From NCBI GenBank assembly GCA_020722505.1, contig DYKR01000001.1:40407-104406 (forward strand): 64,000 nt of DNA, given 5' to 3'. The notes beneath the pieces are model-generated. The model saw nothing but the letters and a program-made list of their open reading frames with translations, searched no databases and was not told the DNA's origin. The DNA comes from Caldisericum exile. GTDB taxonomy: Bacteria; Caldisericota; Caldisericia; Caldisericales; Caldisericaceae. How positions within the stretch are numbered: position 1 is the stretch's first letter; each line of letters starts with the position of its first letter. A program made the position numbers and the translations under genes. Shown piece after piece: positions 48,974 to 59,367 of this stretch.

Positions 48974-51369
48974 TGTCTTCTTAGAATACCGTTCACCTTG
49001 TCTATTAAACTTTTCTCTATCTTAAGTATGTAATTATCAACTTCCTCACTTGTTAATGTCCTTTCATTTGAGACAAACTCAAGAGAGTAAGCTAAACTCT
49101 TTTTATCTTTAGGCAAAGGGTCGCCTTCGTAAATATCGAAAAGCACAATGTTTTTTAGTTCGTTAATAGAAGCTGATCTAATCACATCACGAACTTTAAT
49201 CTCTTCTATGTCTTTATCAACCAAAATTGCAATGTCTCTTTTGACAGATGGATATATGGAAAATTGAGTAAACTTTTTCTCCAAAGAACTATTGTTTAAC
49301 AACTTTTCAATATCTAATTCACAGTAATAAGCCTTGTCGAAGATGTTAGGATGCATCTCACCTAAAAACCCAATAAGTTCATCTTTTACTTTAATAACAG
49401 CACTTCTATATGGATGTAAATACGGGTAGGACTGTTTTTCAAAAAACATTGGAATCTTTAATTCATCAAAAAGATCTTCTAAGATTCCTTTTAAGTAGAA
49501 AAAGTCGTAGGGCAAGGTTTTCTTATAAGGATTTTTGAGGATGTAATCACCTATAAGAAAAATGGAAAGATTGAATTTTTCTTTGAAACCATTTTCCCTA
49601 TAAAATACCTTACCTATTTCAAAAATGCCAAAATCTTTAATATTAACATTGATATTCCTTGTTGCAACTTCTAATAAAGTTGCCAAGAGACTGGGTCTCA
49701 AGTATGCCATATCTTCCGTTAATGGATTCAAAATTTTAACCGTTTTCTCCTCGTTAAATAGCTTATACTTAGATAACATTGCCGAACTAACAAGTGTTGA
49801 TGTAATAACTTCATTAAGGCCGTAAGCCAACAAGAAATTCCTCAAGAATGAATTAAACTCCTGAATTTTTTCAATGCTTCCACTCTTAAGATTAGAAACA
49901 ATTGGCGTTTCCTTGAATTCATTATAACCCTTTATTCTTGCGATTTCTTCTATAAGGTCTTCTTCTATTGAAATATCCTGCCTAAAAGTGGGGGCATACA
50001 CTGTGAATGTATTTTTAGCTTCATCAAATACATAATCAAAACCTTCAATATCGAAATATTTCTTTATTTCTTCCACCTTAATTTCATCGCCAAGCAAACT
50101 CACAGCCTTTGAGACTCTTAAGTTTACACCCTTTTTTGGATCTCTTAAGTCATCGACACTGTCCTTAAATAAAATACCACCTGCCTCTTCTAATATCATT
50201 TTAGAAGCAACATTAGAAGCATGCGGTGTAAAATCAGGGTCAACGCCTTTCTCAAATAATGAAGAAGCATCCGTAATAAGTCCTAAAGACCTTGAACTTA
50301 CCGCTATTACAGAAGGAACAAAGTAGGCAGATTCAAGAAAAACATTCTGCGTTTCATTGGTAACCTCTGTATATTCTCCTCCCATAACCCCTGCTAACGC
50401 AACAGCACCAGCACTATCTGCAATTAAAAGGTTCTTTTCGCTTAGAACTCTTTCAACACCATCAAGCGTTTTAATTGTTTCTCCAGTTTTTGCACGGCGC
50501 ACAAAAATACCACCCTTGAGTTTATCAAAATCAAAGGCATGGAGTGGTTGCCCATACATTTTCAAGACATAATTGGTAATATCAACAATGTTATTAATAG
50601 GATGCACACCTAACTTATAGAGTTCTGTTCTCAAGTTATAGGAAGAGTTTTTAATTTTAACATTTTTAATCAATCTACCAGAGTAAAACTTTGCACAATC
50701 GGTATCAGCAATTTTAACTTCAAAAGGCGTATTTGGGAGGTTTTCTTCAAGTTGAACTTTTGGTTGCAGTTTTTCAAAATTTGCCTTCCTTCCCTCTTCT
50801 TTTGCAAGGATAATTTCTACCCATCTTGCAATACCTAAAACACTAAAAGCATCGGCTCTATCAGGCAGTAAAGAAAATTCAAGATAAAAATCTTCAACAG
50901 GAAAAACACTTTCAAAATTTTTAAAAAGTGGCGTATCTTCGGGAAGAATCAGTATTCCATTTTTCTCTTGATTTGATAAAAATTCACTCTCAAGCCCAAG
51001 TTCATTATAGGAGCAGAGCATACCTTGGGATAAAATATCACCAAAGTATTTTTCCACGATGACTCTTCCATCTGAAATTTTTGCACCGACCATTGCATAT
51101 GGGACTATGTCCTCTTTTTTAACATTCGTTGCAGCAGTTATAACTGTTTTTGTTTCGTTTTCTGACACAAGAAGGTTTACTTTAAAAAGTTTTGTCCCGC
51201 TTATGGATGTTACATCCAAAACTTTTGCAGTGATAACTTTATCAAACTTCTTCTCAACGTGTTCAACATGCTCAACCTCAAGCCCCAAATGGGTAAATTT
51301 TGTAGCAAGCTCGTTTGGTGAATAACTAAAATCGATTAGTTCTTTTAAGAGTCTATAAGAAACTAACAT
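48970..51369 (-). CDS. pheT: Phenylalanine--tRNA ligase beta subunit
   Basis: 'SQGMLCS..ELG', 'INNIVDITNY', 'GQPLHAFD', 'DLIEEIARI.GY', 'RDIA', 'KKSLAY'. Confidence 0.97.
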   Translation of the reverse strand: MLVSYRLLKELIDFSYSPNELATKFTHLGLEVEHVEHVEKKFDKVITAKVLDVTSISGTKLFKVNLLVSENETKTVITAATNVKKEDIVPYAMVGAKISDGRVIVEKYFGDILSQGMLCSYNELGLESEFLSNQEKNGILILPEDTPLFKNFESVFPVEDFYLEFSLLPDRADAFSVLGIARWVEIILAKEEGRKANFEKLQPKVQLEENLPNTPFEVKIADTDCAKFYSGRLIKNVKIKNSSYNLRTELYKLGVHPINNIVDITNYVLKMYGQPLHAFDFDKLKGGIFVRRAKTGETIKTLDGVERVLSEKNLLIADSAGAVALAGVMGGEYTEVTNETQNVFLESAYFVPSVIAVSSRSLGLITDASSLFEKGVDPDFTPHASNVASKMILEEAGGILFKDSVDDLRDPKKGVNLRVSKAVSLLGDEIKVEEIKKYFDIEGFDYVFDEAKNTFTVYAPTFRQDISIEEDLIEEIARIKGYNEFKETPIVSNLKSGSIEKIQEFNSFLRNFLLAYGLNEVITSTLVSSAMLSKYKLFNEEKTVKILNPLTEDMAYLRPSLLATLLEVATRNINVNIKDFGIFEIGKVFYRENGFKEKFNLSIFLIGDYILKNPYKKTLPYDFFYLKGILEDLFDELKIPMFFEKQSYPYLHPYRSAVIKVKDELIGFLGEMHPNIFDKAYYCELDIEKLLNNSSLEKKFTQFSIYPSVKRDIAILVDKDIEEIKVRDVIRSASINELKNIVLFDIYEGDPLPKDKKSLAYSLEFVSNERTLTSEEVDNYILKIEKSLIDKVNGILRRQ

Positions 51370-51378
51370 CTTACCCCC

Positions 51379-52395
51379 CTAAAATTGTTTAAGAAATCTT
51401 AAATCATTTTGATAAAAGTACCTTATATCTGGGATACCATATTTTACCATTGCAATTCGCTCTATACCCCAACCAAAAGCAAATCCTTGGAACTCATCAG
51501 GGTCAATACCTACATTTCTCAAAACATTTGGATGAACCATCCCTGAGCCACCCATTTCAAGAAAGCCAGTGTACTTACAAACTGGGCAACCTTTACCCCC
51601 GCATATCACACAAGAGATAGAGGTTTCAGAACCTGGTTCAACAAAAGGAAAATAAGAAGGGGTAAAACGAATACGGGTATTTTCTCCAAACATCTTCTTT
51701 GAAAACTCACTCAAGGTTGCTTTTAAGTTAGCAAAAGAAATTCCTTTATCAACAACGAGCCCTTCAACCTGATGAAATTGTGGTGAATGGGAACTATCAA
51801 GTGCATCTCTTCTATAGCATCGCCCAATTGCAATCATTCTTATTGGAGGCTTCAACTTCTTCATTATTCGAATCTGCATAGGGGAAGTTTGCGTTCTTAA
51901 AAGAATTTTTTGTGCTAAATAAAAGGTGTCCTGCATATCTCTTGCGGGATGATGCTCGGGAATGTTCAGTGCTTCAAAGTTGTAATAATCGTCTTCAATA
52001 TCAGGACCAGAAAAGACATCAAATCCCATCGAAACAAAGATTGATTTTACTTCCTCTATTACTTTTGTTAAAACATGAATACTCCCTCTTTGGAAATGCA
52101 ATCCTGGTAAAGTAACATCTATTTTTTCACTTGAAAGTTTAAGATCCGCTAACGAACTTTCAAGTTGTGCTTTTGTGCTTTCAATAGATGATTCAATAAT
52201 ATTTCTAAGATTATTCACTTTCTCGCCAAACTCTTTACGTTTTTCTTCAGGAAGGTCTTTAATTTTTTTATACAACTCCTGCACAATGCCTTTTTTACCG
52301 AGATACTCTATTTCTATCTTTTTTAATTCAGAAAGGTCTTTAATATTTTTAATCTTTTCAAAAAACTGTTTTTCAATATCTTCATTAAATTCCAT
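51379..52395 (-). CDS. pheS: Phenylalanine--tRNA ligase alpha subunit
   Basis: 'HPARDMQDTFY', 'LRTQTSP', 'FHQVEG', 'FPFVEP', 'GFAFGWGIER'. Confidence 0.97.
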   Translation of the reverse strand: MEFNEDIEKQFFEKIKNIKDLSELKKIEIEYLGKKGIVQELYKKIKDLPEEKRKEFGEKVNNLRNIIESSIESTKAQLESSLADLKLSSEKIDVTLPGLHFQRGSIHVLTKVIEEVKSIFVSMGFDVFSGPDIEDDYYNFEALNIPEHHPARDMQDTFYLAQKILLRTQTSPMQIRIMKKLKPPIRMIAIGRCYRRDALDSSHSPQFHQVEGLVVDKGISFANLKATLSEFSKKMFGENTRIRFTPSYFPFVEPGSETSISCVICGGKGCPVCKYTGFLEMGGSGMVHPNVLRNVGIDPDEFQGFAFGWGIERIAMVKYGIPDIRYFYQNDLRFLKQF

Positions 52396-52460
52396 AAATT
52401 ACCTCCTTATCCTTAAATTTTAACATTCTAAAAAGAAAAGTCAATAAAAGAGAGTAAAGA

Positions 52461-52489
52461 AAAATAAAAAAATCCCCCGATAAGGGGGA
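52461..52489 (-). terminator. Rho-independent terminator of the suc-kor-transporter operon
   Basis: Minus strand TCCCCC-TTATC-GGGGGA followed by T7. Confidence 0.8.
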
Positions 52490-52509
52490 AACAAATTATT
52501 AAACTTCAA

Positions 52510-54036
52510 CTAATAAGGCATATTTGCAATATTCAATAGGGGAACACCAATAAAATACATGTAAAAAACAAGTATGATTAATCCAATAATACCAATAGTT
52601 AAACCTGCTTTTAACATGTCTTTAACCTCTACATGTCCACCAGTCATCACAACAACGTTTGGTGGAGTTGAAGCAGGAAGAGAAAACGCAAGCGAAATTG
52701 CAAAAGTTGTTGGTAACATCACCAAATAAGGATGCATTTTTGCTGCAATTGCAATGGAACCTGCTATAGGCATGAAAATTGATGTTGCTGAAGTATGGGA
52801 AGTAAATTGGGCAATTAAAAATCCTGTTCCACCTACAATAAATATCACAAGTAAAAGGTTTGTGTGTTGTAAGAATGTTAATTTAGAACTAACATATTCT
52901 GGTATCTTTGTTGCAATAACGGCATCTGCTAACGCAAGTCCACCACCAAAAATTAAAATTATATCCCATGGAAGGTTTTTAATGGATTCTGTCTTTAAAA
53001 CCGTTTCGAATTTCTTAACATCCACAGGAATTATATAGAGAAGAAGTGCTGCAAATATTGCAATAGTAGAATCATGCACAAATTTTCCGACGTTGAGGAG
53101 TGTTGACCAACCCTTTAAAGTAAATGAACCAAAATTAATATCTACTCTAAAAATCCACAATAGGACTGTAATAATAAAAACGACAGCAACTATTATTTCT
53201 TTCTTATTCATTTTGCCAAGCTTCTGCAATTCTTTTCTAAAAATCTCTCTACTTTCTTTTAAGCCAGTAAACCCTGGCTTAAAAAATACCGAAGTTAGCA
53301 TAAACCAAGTAAATGGAAGGAAGAGAATTATAAAAAGTATACCAAATTTGGAAAAGTCAAAGAAAGTCAATGTTGGTGCATTTGGAAACATCTGTTTTGC
53401 AATACTCATAAATATAATATTTGGAGGTGTCCCTATTGGTGTTCCCATGCCTCCTATACTTGCAGCAAAAGCAATTCCGAGCATCAACGCTGTTGCAAAT
53501 GCAAAACTACCTGTTTCAGTATTAACTGCAAGGTTTTCCTTTTTTATAGAGTCTTTATAGAATTCTATTATTGAGAGTACTATTGGAAGAGCCATTATTG
53601 TTGCAGTGGTGTTAGAAATCCACATCGAAATAAAACCAACAGCAATCATCATAGAAAGTATGATTTTCTTAGGTGAAGTACCCAGTAAATTTACCAAACC
53701 TAAGGAAAACCTCACATGAAGCCCTGATTCTTCAAGTGCTTCGGAGATAAAAAACCCACCAACAAACAACATAATCTCTTGAGACATGTAGGCTTTTGCA
53801 ATTTCTTTTGCATTCACAACTTTAAAAAGTGGGAAGATAACCAAAGGAAGGAGTGACGTAATAGAAAGGGGGACCGCATCTGTTGCCCACCAAATTGCCA
53901 TCCATAAAAGTAGGCCAATTGTAATTTTTGCTCCTACCTCCATGCCTGTAGGGGTTTTTAGTAAAAGAACAACAATAAAAGCTATTACTCCAGCAAAAAA
54001 ACCAATTTTCTGTGATAATTTCTTACCTTTACCCAT
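52510..54036 (-). CDS. DASS/SLC13 sodium:dicarboxylate (or sulfate) transporter
   Basis: 'SMWISNTTAT', 'ASIGGMGTPIGTPPN', 'FTSHTSAT', 'LPASTPPN'; ATG 54036 after GGAGG. Confidence 0.92.
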   Translation of the reverse strand: MGKGKKLSQKIGFFAGVIAFIVVLLLKTPTGMEVGAKITIGLLLWMAIWWATDAVPLSITSLLPLVIFPLFKVVNAKEIAKAYMSQEIMLFVGGFFISEALEESGLHVRFSLGLVNLLGTSPKKIILSMMIAVGFISMWISNTTATIMALPIVLSIIEFYKDSIKKENLAVNTETGSFAFATALMLGIAFAASIGGMGTPIGTPPNIIFMSIAKQMFPNAPTLTFFDFSKFGILFIILFLPFTWFMLTSVFFKPGFTGLKESREIFRKELQKLGKMNKKEIIVAVVFIITVLLWIFRVDINFGSFTLKGWSTLLNVGKFVHDSTIAIFAALLLYIIPVDVKKFETVLKTESIKNLPWDIILIFGGGLALADAVIATKIPEYVSSKLTFLQHTNLLLVIFIVGGTGFLIAQFTSHTSATSIFMPIAGSIAIAAKMHPYLVMLPTTFAISLAFSLPASTPPNVVVMTGGHVEVKDMLKAGLTIGIIGLIILVFYMYFIGVPLLNIANMPY

Positions 54037-54568
54037 TTTTACCTCCAATTCCTATTTTATAACCCATATACAAAGCCTCAATATTCTTTTGAACACCTTC
54101 CTTGAAGTGATTTTTAATTGTCTCCGTAAGCGCATCAAGGCTAACAACGCCAGTTAAGCCGCTTATAATACCAAGGGCAACGATATTAGATGAAATTCTT
54201 TTTTGAGTTGTATTTAAAGCAATATCAGTGATAGAAAACACATAGTTATTAAGACTCTTATCTATGGTCTTTACATAAAAATCATCAACGATGATCAAAG
54301 TAGTAAGCTTTATGTGTTTAATAAATGTATCGTATGAGTCCTGTGTTAGAGTAAGAAGAATATCAGGTGAACGCACTTCCGGAAAATAGATCTCGCTATC
54401 AGAAATAATCACATCAGCCTTTGAGATTTCTCCTCTTGCTGCAGCACCATAAACCTGTGATTGAAGAACATTTTTTTGGTCGTATATACTCGCTGCCTCG
54501 GCAAGAAGAATACTTGCAAGAATAATACCTTGCCCACCAGAACCTGCAAGCCTTATCTCCGTTTTCAT
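54029..54568 (-). CDS. korC: 2-oxoacid:ferredoxin oxidoreductase gamma subunit
   Basis: 'IRLAGSGGQG', 'YGAAARG', 'NIVALG'. Confidence 0.9.
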   Translation of the reverse strand: MKTEIRLAGSGGQGIILASILLAEAASIYDQKNVLQSQVYGAAARGEISKADVIISDSEIYFPEVRSPDILLTLTQDSYDTFIKHIKLTTLIIVDDFYVKTIDKSLNNYVFSITDIALNTTQKRISSNIVALGIISGLTGVVSLDALTETIKNHFKEGVQKNIEALYMGYKIGIGGKNG

Positions 54569-55371
54569 TTTGCCACCTTCTTCACAAGTTCATAATAAGA
54601 AGTTACGAATTCAGGCTTTTCTATATTCACAAACTCCCCAACAACAATTCCATCGTGAGATTCTACCGAATTAACCTTTGAAAATGGAATAGATTTGTCC
54701 TTAAGGAACTTTACATACTCAGCAGGATCTCCTAAATTATTTCTTCTTCCAAATTCTGTAACACAAGAAGAAACAGCTTCGATAAGTGAAAATCCTTTAT
54801 GTAGTAATCCATTTAAGATGTATTTTTCAAGCATTAGTGGATTCCCAATCGTTTCTCTTGCAACATAAGTTGCACCTGCTGCAATTGCAAGATAAGAAAT
54901 ATTCATTGGCTCTTCAATATGACCGTATGGTGTAGTTGTAGTAAAGGAATCTTCTGGAGTTGTAGGAGATAACTGCCCACCTGTCATGCCATAAACAAAG
55001 TTGTTAAACACAATTACACTTAAGTCAATATTTCTCTTTGCTGCATGGATAAAATGGTTTCCACCAATTGCAGCAAGATCACCATCTCCTGTTGCAACTA
55101 TAACTTGTAAATCAGGATTAGCAAGCTTTATACCTGTTGCAAAGGCTAATGGACGACCATGCAACGTATGGAGTGTGTTAAAATTAACATAACCCGAAGA
55201 TCTACCTGCGCAACCAATTCCAGACACAAAGACAATTTTATCTTTATCAATTTTTGAGCGTTCAATTGCCCGAAGTATTGCAGATAAAACAATACCATTA
55301 CCACAACCTGCGCACCAAATATGTGGTAATTTTTTGACACGCAAATTGTCTAAAGAGATTTCAGTATACAT
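54565..55371 (-). CDS. korB: 2-oxoacid:ferredoxin oxidoreductase beta subunit
   Basis: 'PHIWCAGCGNG', 'SGIGC', 'HGR', TPP motif 'GDGD...NN..YGMTGGQ'. Confidence 0.92.
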   Translation of the reverse strand: MYTEISLDNLRVKKLPHIWCAGCGNGIVLSAILRAIERSKIDKDKIVFVSGIGCAGRSSGYVNFNTLHTLHGRPLAFATGIKLANPDLQVIVATGDGDLAAIGGNHFIHAAKRNIDLSVIVFNNFVYGMTGGQLSPTTPEDSFTTTTPYGHIEEPMNISYLAIAAGATYVARETIGNPLMLEKYILNGLLHKGFSLIEAVSSCVTEFGRRNNLGDPAEYVKFLKDKSIPFSKVNSVESHDGIVVGEFVNIEKPEFVTSYYELVKKVAK

Positions 55372-56459
55372 GATTCTATCTCCTCTGGAGAAATAATCTC
55401 TCCATTTTCCTTCCCATAAAACTCCACCTTCTTTTTAACGATCCTTTCAACCTCGTGCACGTATTGACCAAGGTTCATTTCAAATACAAAAACTCTTCTA
55501 TTTGATGCAAGGTCTTTAAGGACCTTCTCTGAAGATGGCCATATTGTAATTGGCCTAAATAAACCAACCTTAAGACCTTTTTCTCTGAGCTCCAAAATTG
55601 CTTCTTTTGCACTTCTTGCAACAACCCCATAAGAAACTATTAAAATATCAGCATCTTCAACCAAAAACGTTTCATAAAGAAAAATTTCATCCAGGTGGTT
55701 CAATATTTTTCTTTGAAGCCTTTCCATAAGCCTCTCAGCTTTTACAGGATCAGATGTTGGAAAACCAGTTTCATCATGCGTAAGACCCGTTACATGAAAA
55801 CGGTATCCTTCTCCAAAATTGGCAAGAGGTGGAACTTCATATCTTGAATCAAACGGTAAATAATCTTCTTTAGGCACCTCTGGTTTTTTTCTTTCAAAAA
55901 CCACGTGAGAATCATCAACTGTTATCTTTTCTCTCATATGTCCGATTACTTCATCAGAAATGAAGATCACAGGGACTCTGTATTTTTCTGAAAAATTAAA
56001 TGCTGTAAAAATTAAATCATAAGATTCCTTAACAGAAGAAGGGTAAAGCGCTATTATAGGATGACTTCCATGTGTCCCCCAACGAGCTTGCATGATATCC
56101 CCTTGGGAAGGATACGTAGGAATACCGGTTGATGGGCCAACACGCTGCACATCAACTACAACAATGGGTATTTCAGAAAAACTAGCAAAGCCAATGCCTT
56201 CTTGCATTAGAGAAAAGCCTGGTCCAGAGGTTGCTGTCATTGCTTTTGAGCCAGTAAGGGAAGCACCTATTATTGCTCCAATACTTCCAAGTTCATCTTC
56301 CATTTGGATAAACGCTCCGCCTACCTCAGGAAGAAGTTTTGACATTCTTTCAGCAAGGTCGGTTGAAGGAGTTATCGGATAACCAGCAAAAAACCTACAG
56401 CCAGCCTTGATTGCGCCAATTGCAACTGCTTCGTTTCCAGACATTAAACGCTCTTTCAT
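55350..56459 (-). CDS. korA: 2-oxoacid:ferredoxin oxidoreductase alpha subunit
   Basis: 'FAGYPITPST', 'QMEDE', 'TSGPGFSLMQE', 'QRVGPSTG.PT'. Confidence 0.92.
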   Translation of the reverse strand: MKERLMSGNEAVAIGAIKAGCRFFAGYPITPSTDLAERMSKLLPEVGGAFIQMEDELGSIGAIIGASLTGSKAMTATSGPGFSLMQEGIGFASFSEIPIVVVDVQRVGPSTGIPTYPSQGDIMQARWGTHGSHPIIALYPSSVKESYDLIFTAFNFSEKYRVPVIFISDEVIGHMREKITVDDSHVVFERKKPEVPKEDYLPFDSRYEVPPLANFGEGYRFHVTGLTHDETGFPTSDPVKAERLMERLQRKILNHLDEIFLYETFLVEDADILIVSYGVVARSAKEAILELREKGLKVGLFRPITIWPSSEKVLKDLASNRRVFVFEMNLGQYVHEVERIVKKKVEFYGKENGEIISPEEIESCILKSL

Positions 56460-56659
56460 ACTGTTATCCCCTTTTTAACTATTATTGCAAAATCTGGGCA
56501 GTATAGTTCACACATGCCACATCCAATACATTTTTCTTCATTCTCAACTTCTACTTTAAAGTCTTCACCAATTTTAAGAATCTTTACAGGACAAACAGAA
56601 ACACAAATTCCACAACCTTTACAATAATCTTTATTTACTATTACTTTGTTTTTCCCCAT
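56456..56659 (-). CDS. korD: 2x[4Fe-4S] ferredoxin-like delta subunit
   Basis: CKGCGICVSVCP and CIGCGMCELYCPDFAI. Confidence 0.9.
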   Translation of the reverse strand: MGKNKVIVNKDYCKGCGICVSVCPVKILKIGEDFKVEVENEEKCIGCGMCELYCPDFAIIVKKGITV

Positions 56660-57526
56660 TTACATCACGTCCTTCAAAAGCTTTACAATTTCGTTAGGAA
56701 TATTTGCAACCTTAATTCCTTTTGATTCAAGATAGGCAATTTTCTCATCAGCGGTGCGTGTCCCTGCTTGGACTATTGCCCCGGCATGTCCCATTCTTTT
56801 TCCAGGAGGAGATGCCCTACCTGCAATAAATGATACTACCGGTTTATTAAAGTGTTTTTCAATGTAATCGGCTGCATCTTCTTCGTCAGAGCCACCTATC
56901 TCACCAACCAATACTACAGCTTTAGTTTCTTCATCTTTTTCAAATCCTTTAAGGACATCTATAAACTTCATTCCTATTATGGGATCTCCTCCAATACCAA
57001 CGGCAGTGGATACTCCAAGACCAGAATCGCTAATGTGTTTAACAATTTCATAAGTTAAAGTCCCCGATCGAGAGATCACACCAACAACTCCTTTTTTAAA
57101 GATTGAATGCGGCATTATCCCAACCTTTGCTTTACCAACTGAAATTATTCCAGGGCAGTTTGGACCAATGATCTTTGTCCCCTTTAGATTTGCAAATTCA
57201 TTTACTTTTATCATATCTTGAACAGGAACTCCTTCTGTAATAGTAACGACAAGTTTAATGCCCGCATTGATTGCTTCAAACATTGCATCGACAGCAAATT
57301 TTGCTGGAACAAAAATAATTGACGTATCAGCTTGAACGGATTTAACGGCTTCTTCAACAGAATTAAAAATAGGGATATCAAAAACGTATTCTCCACCTTT
57401 AAAAGGAGTAACACCGGCAACAACTTTAGTGCCGTAGTCTTTCATTGATTTTGTGTGAAATGACCCATCTCGCCCAGTAATTCCTTGAACTACAACCCTT
57501 GTTTCTTCATCAATAAGTATACTCAT
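56660..57526 (-). CDS. sucD: Succinyl-CoA synthetase alpha subunit
   Basis: 'QGITG', 'GPNCPG', 'SRSGTLTYE', 'GIGGDP', 'RMGHAGA'. Confidence 0.97.
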   Translation of the reverse strand: MSILIDEETRVVVQGITGRDGSFHTKSMKDYGTKVVAGVTPFKGGEYVFDIPIFNSVEEAVKSVQADTSIIFVPAKFAVDAMFEAINAGIKLVVTITEGVPVQDMIKVNEFANLKGTKIIGPNCPGIISVGKAKVGIMPHSIFKKGVVGVISRSGTLTYEIVKHISDSGLGVSTAVGIGGDPIIGMKFIDVLKGFEKDEETKAVVLVGEIGGSDEEDAADYIEKHFNKPVVSFIAGRASPPGKRMGHAGAIVQAGTRTADEKIAYLESKGIKVANIPNEIVKLLKDVM

Positions 57527-57531
57527 AGCAT

Positions 57532-58668
57532 TTACCCCCTATTTACTAACTCAACAACTTTACTTACACCATCAACCATACTATCAACATAAATTAGTGG
57601 AGTATTTTCAAGAATTTTCTTAGCAATATCTTCGTTGGTACCTGTAAGTCTCACAACTATTGGGATTTCTACTTTAACTTTTTTAATAGCCTCTAAAAGA
57701 CCATTTGCAACATCATCACACCTTGTGATTCCACCAAAGATATTTATAAGAATTGCCTTCACGTTTTTATCTCTTAAAATCATTTCTATGGCACTTGCAA
57801 CTTTCTCAGGGTTTGAAGAACCTCCAATGTCTAAAAAGTTAGCAGGGGATCCACCAAGAAGTTTCACCAAATCCATTGTTGCCATGGCAAGTCCTGCACC
57901 GTTAACAAGACAACCAATAGAACCATTGAGTTTGATGTAGGTAAAGCCTTTTGATTTTGCCTCAATTTCAAGTTTTTCCTCTTCTGTTAACTCTCTCATG
58001 GTTTCAATTTCTGGATGCCTAAAAAGTGCATTATCATCGACTACAATTTTTGCGTCAAGTGCCACAACAGAGCCGTCAGAAAGAAGTGCAAGAGGGTTTA
58101 TCTCAACAAGGTTTGCATCAATACTAATATAAAGCCTAAATAACTGCTCAAGTATTGTAGATATCTTACTTATAACATCTTTATTGGGTGTTAAAAACAT
58201 AGAAGCGTTTTTAGCCTGATATGAGAACATTCCAAGAAGTGGGTCTAATGAAACTTTTAGTATCTTCTCAGGATCATTTTTAGCAACCTCTTCAATTTCT
58301 ACTCCGCCTTCACTAGACACAATAAGCACATTTCTCTTGCTTGACCTATCCACAGTAAAGCCCACGTAGAACTCTTTTTTAATTTGGACTGCCTTTGCAA
58401 TTAAAACCTTGTTTACCTTAAGTCCTTTGATTTCCATCGAGAGGATCTTACTTACCTTCTCTTTGAGCTCTTCTTCATTATTTGCAATCTTTACTCCACC
58501 TGACTTACCACGCCCACCAGTAAGAACCTGTGCCTTTACTACTACAGAATAACCAAGTGTTTCTGCTATCTTCAATGCTTCTTCAACACTACTTGCAACA
58601 CTTCCGTCTACAACAGGAATACCAAATTTCTTAAAAAGTTCCCTTGATTGATACTCTTGTAAGTTCAT
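57532..58668 (-). CDS. sucC: Succinyl-CoA synthetase beta subunit
   Basis: '[15 protein letters not shown]', 'EINPL', '[12 protein letters not shown]', 'NFLDIGG', '[10 protein letters not shown]'. Confidence 0.97.
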   Translation of the reverse strand: MNLQEYQSRELFKKFGIPVVDGSVASSVEEALKIAETLGYSVVVKAQVLTGGRGKSGGVKIANNEEELKEKVSKILSMEIKGLKVNKVLIAKAVQIKKEFYVGFTVDRSSKRNVLIVSSEGGVEIEEVAKNDPEKILKVSLDPLLGMFSYQAKNASMFLTPNKDVISKISTILEQLFRLYISIDANLVEINPLALLSDGSVVALDAKIVVDDNALFRHPEIETMRELTEEEKLEIEAKSKGFTYIKLNGSIGCLVNGAGLAMATMDLVKLLGGSPANFLDIGGSSNPEKVASAIEMILRDKNVKAILINIFGGITRCDDVANGLLEAIKKVKVEIPIVVRLTGTNEDIAKKILENTPLIYVDSMVDGVSKVVELVNRG

Positions 58669-59300
58669 TCCCCACTCTCCTTTTTTAATTTTCTTAAATA
58701 AGAATACACAGTGTATATTGAAATATTGAGTTTAGAAGCTACATACGGTACTGCGTTTTTAAATGTAAAAAAATTATCCTCGTAAAGGTATTTAATCAAA
58801 GCAAAATTATCAACCTTACCGTTAGCAAGTTTTGATGATACCGTAGAATAAGTTTCATTAAATATTTCCTCTAAAGAATGCTTTTTAATTTGTTTGACAA
58901 AGATTTCCTTATTGTCACTTTTAAATTTCAAAAAATGATCTACGAATTTAACAATACTTTCAAAATTGGTAAGATCCATATTAAGACACAGAAGGCCTAT
59001 GAGCTTACCCATTTTATTTCTTATCGCAATTGTTATTGAACGAAGGTTCTTTTTCTTGGGTGAAAAACTCTTATAAGGACCAAAGTAGTCTAAACCTTCT
59101 TCAAGTTTCTTTATGATTACTTTTCCTGCCTCGGTTAATGAATCACCAACTTTTCTTCCGGTAATATGACCATTCTCTATTGCAATAATATCTGAATTTC
59201 CTTTATTAAGGGCATGTAAAACTATCTCAACATCTGGACCTAAAAAATCCGCAAGTGCTTTTATAACATTTTTATAACTATCTAAGATTTCCTCATCCAT
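58665..59300 (-). CDS. YheO/DauR-like transcription regulator (PAS-like plus C-terminal HTH)
   Basis: 'GPDVEIVLH', 'NGHITGRKVG', 'LRSIT', 'LCLN.D', 'AVPYVA.KL.IS.YTVYSYL'. Confidence 0.9.
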   Translation of the reverse strand: MDEEILDSYKNVIKALADFLGPDVEIVLHALNKGNSDIIAIENGHITGRKVGDSLTEAGKVIIKKLEEGLDYFGPYKSFSPKKKNLRSITIAIRNKMGKLIGLLCLNMDLTNFESIVKFVDHFLKFKSDNKEIFVKQIKKHSLEEIFNETYSTVSSKLANGKVDNFALIKYLYEDNFFTFKNAVPYVASKLNISIYTVYSYLRKLKKESGE

Positions 59301-59313
59301 CTTTTTTAATCTT

Positions 59314-59359
59314 ACAAAATTTTGTTATAAAATTATACAAAAAATTTGAGAATTTTCAA
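59314..59359 (-). promoter_or_regulatory. Promoter plus palindromic candidate operator of the regulator-suc-kor operon
   Basis: TTGAAA (59359-54), 16 bp, TATAAT (59337-32); perfect palindrome ACAAAATTTTGT 59314-59325 at the predicted start site. Confidence 0.5.
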
Positions 59360-59367
59360 AAAAAATT

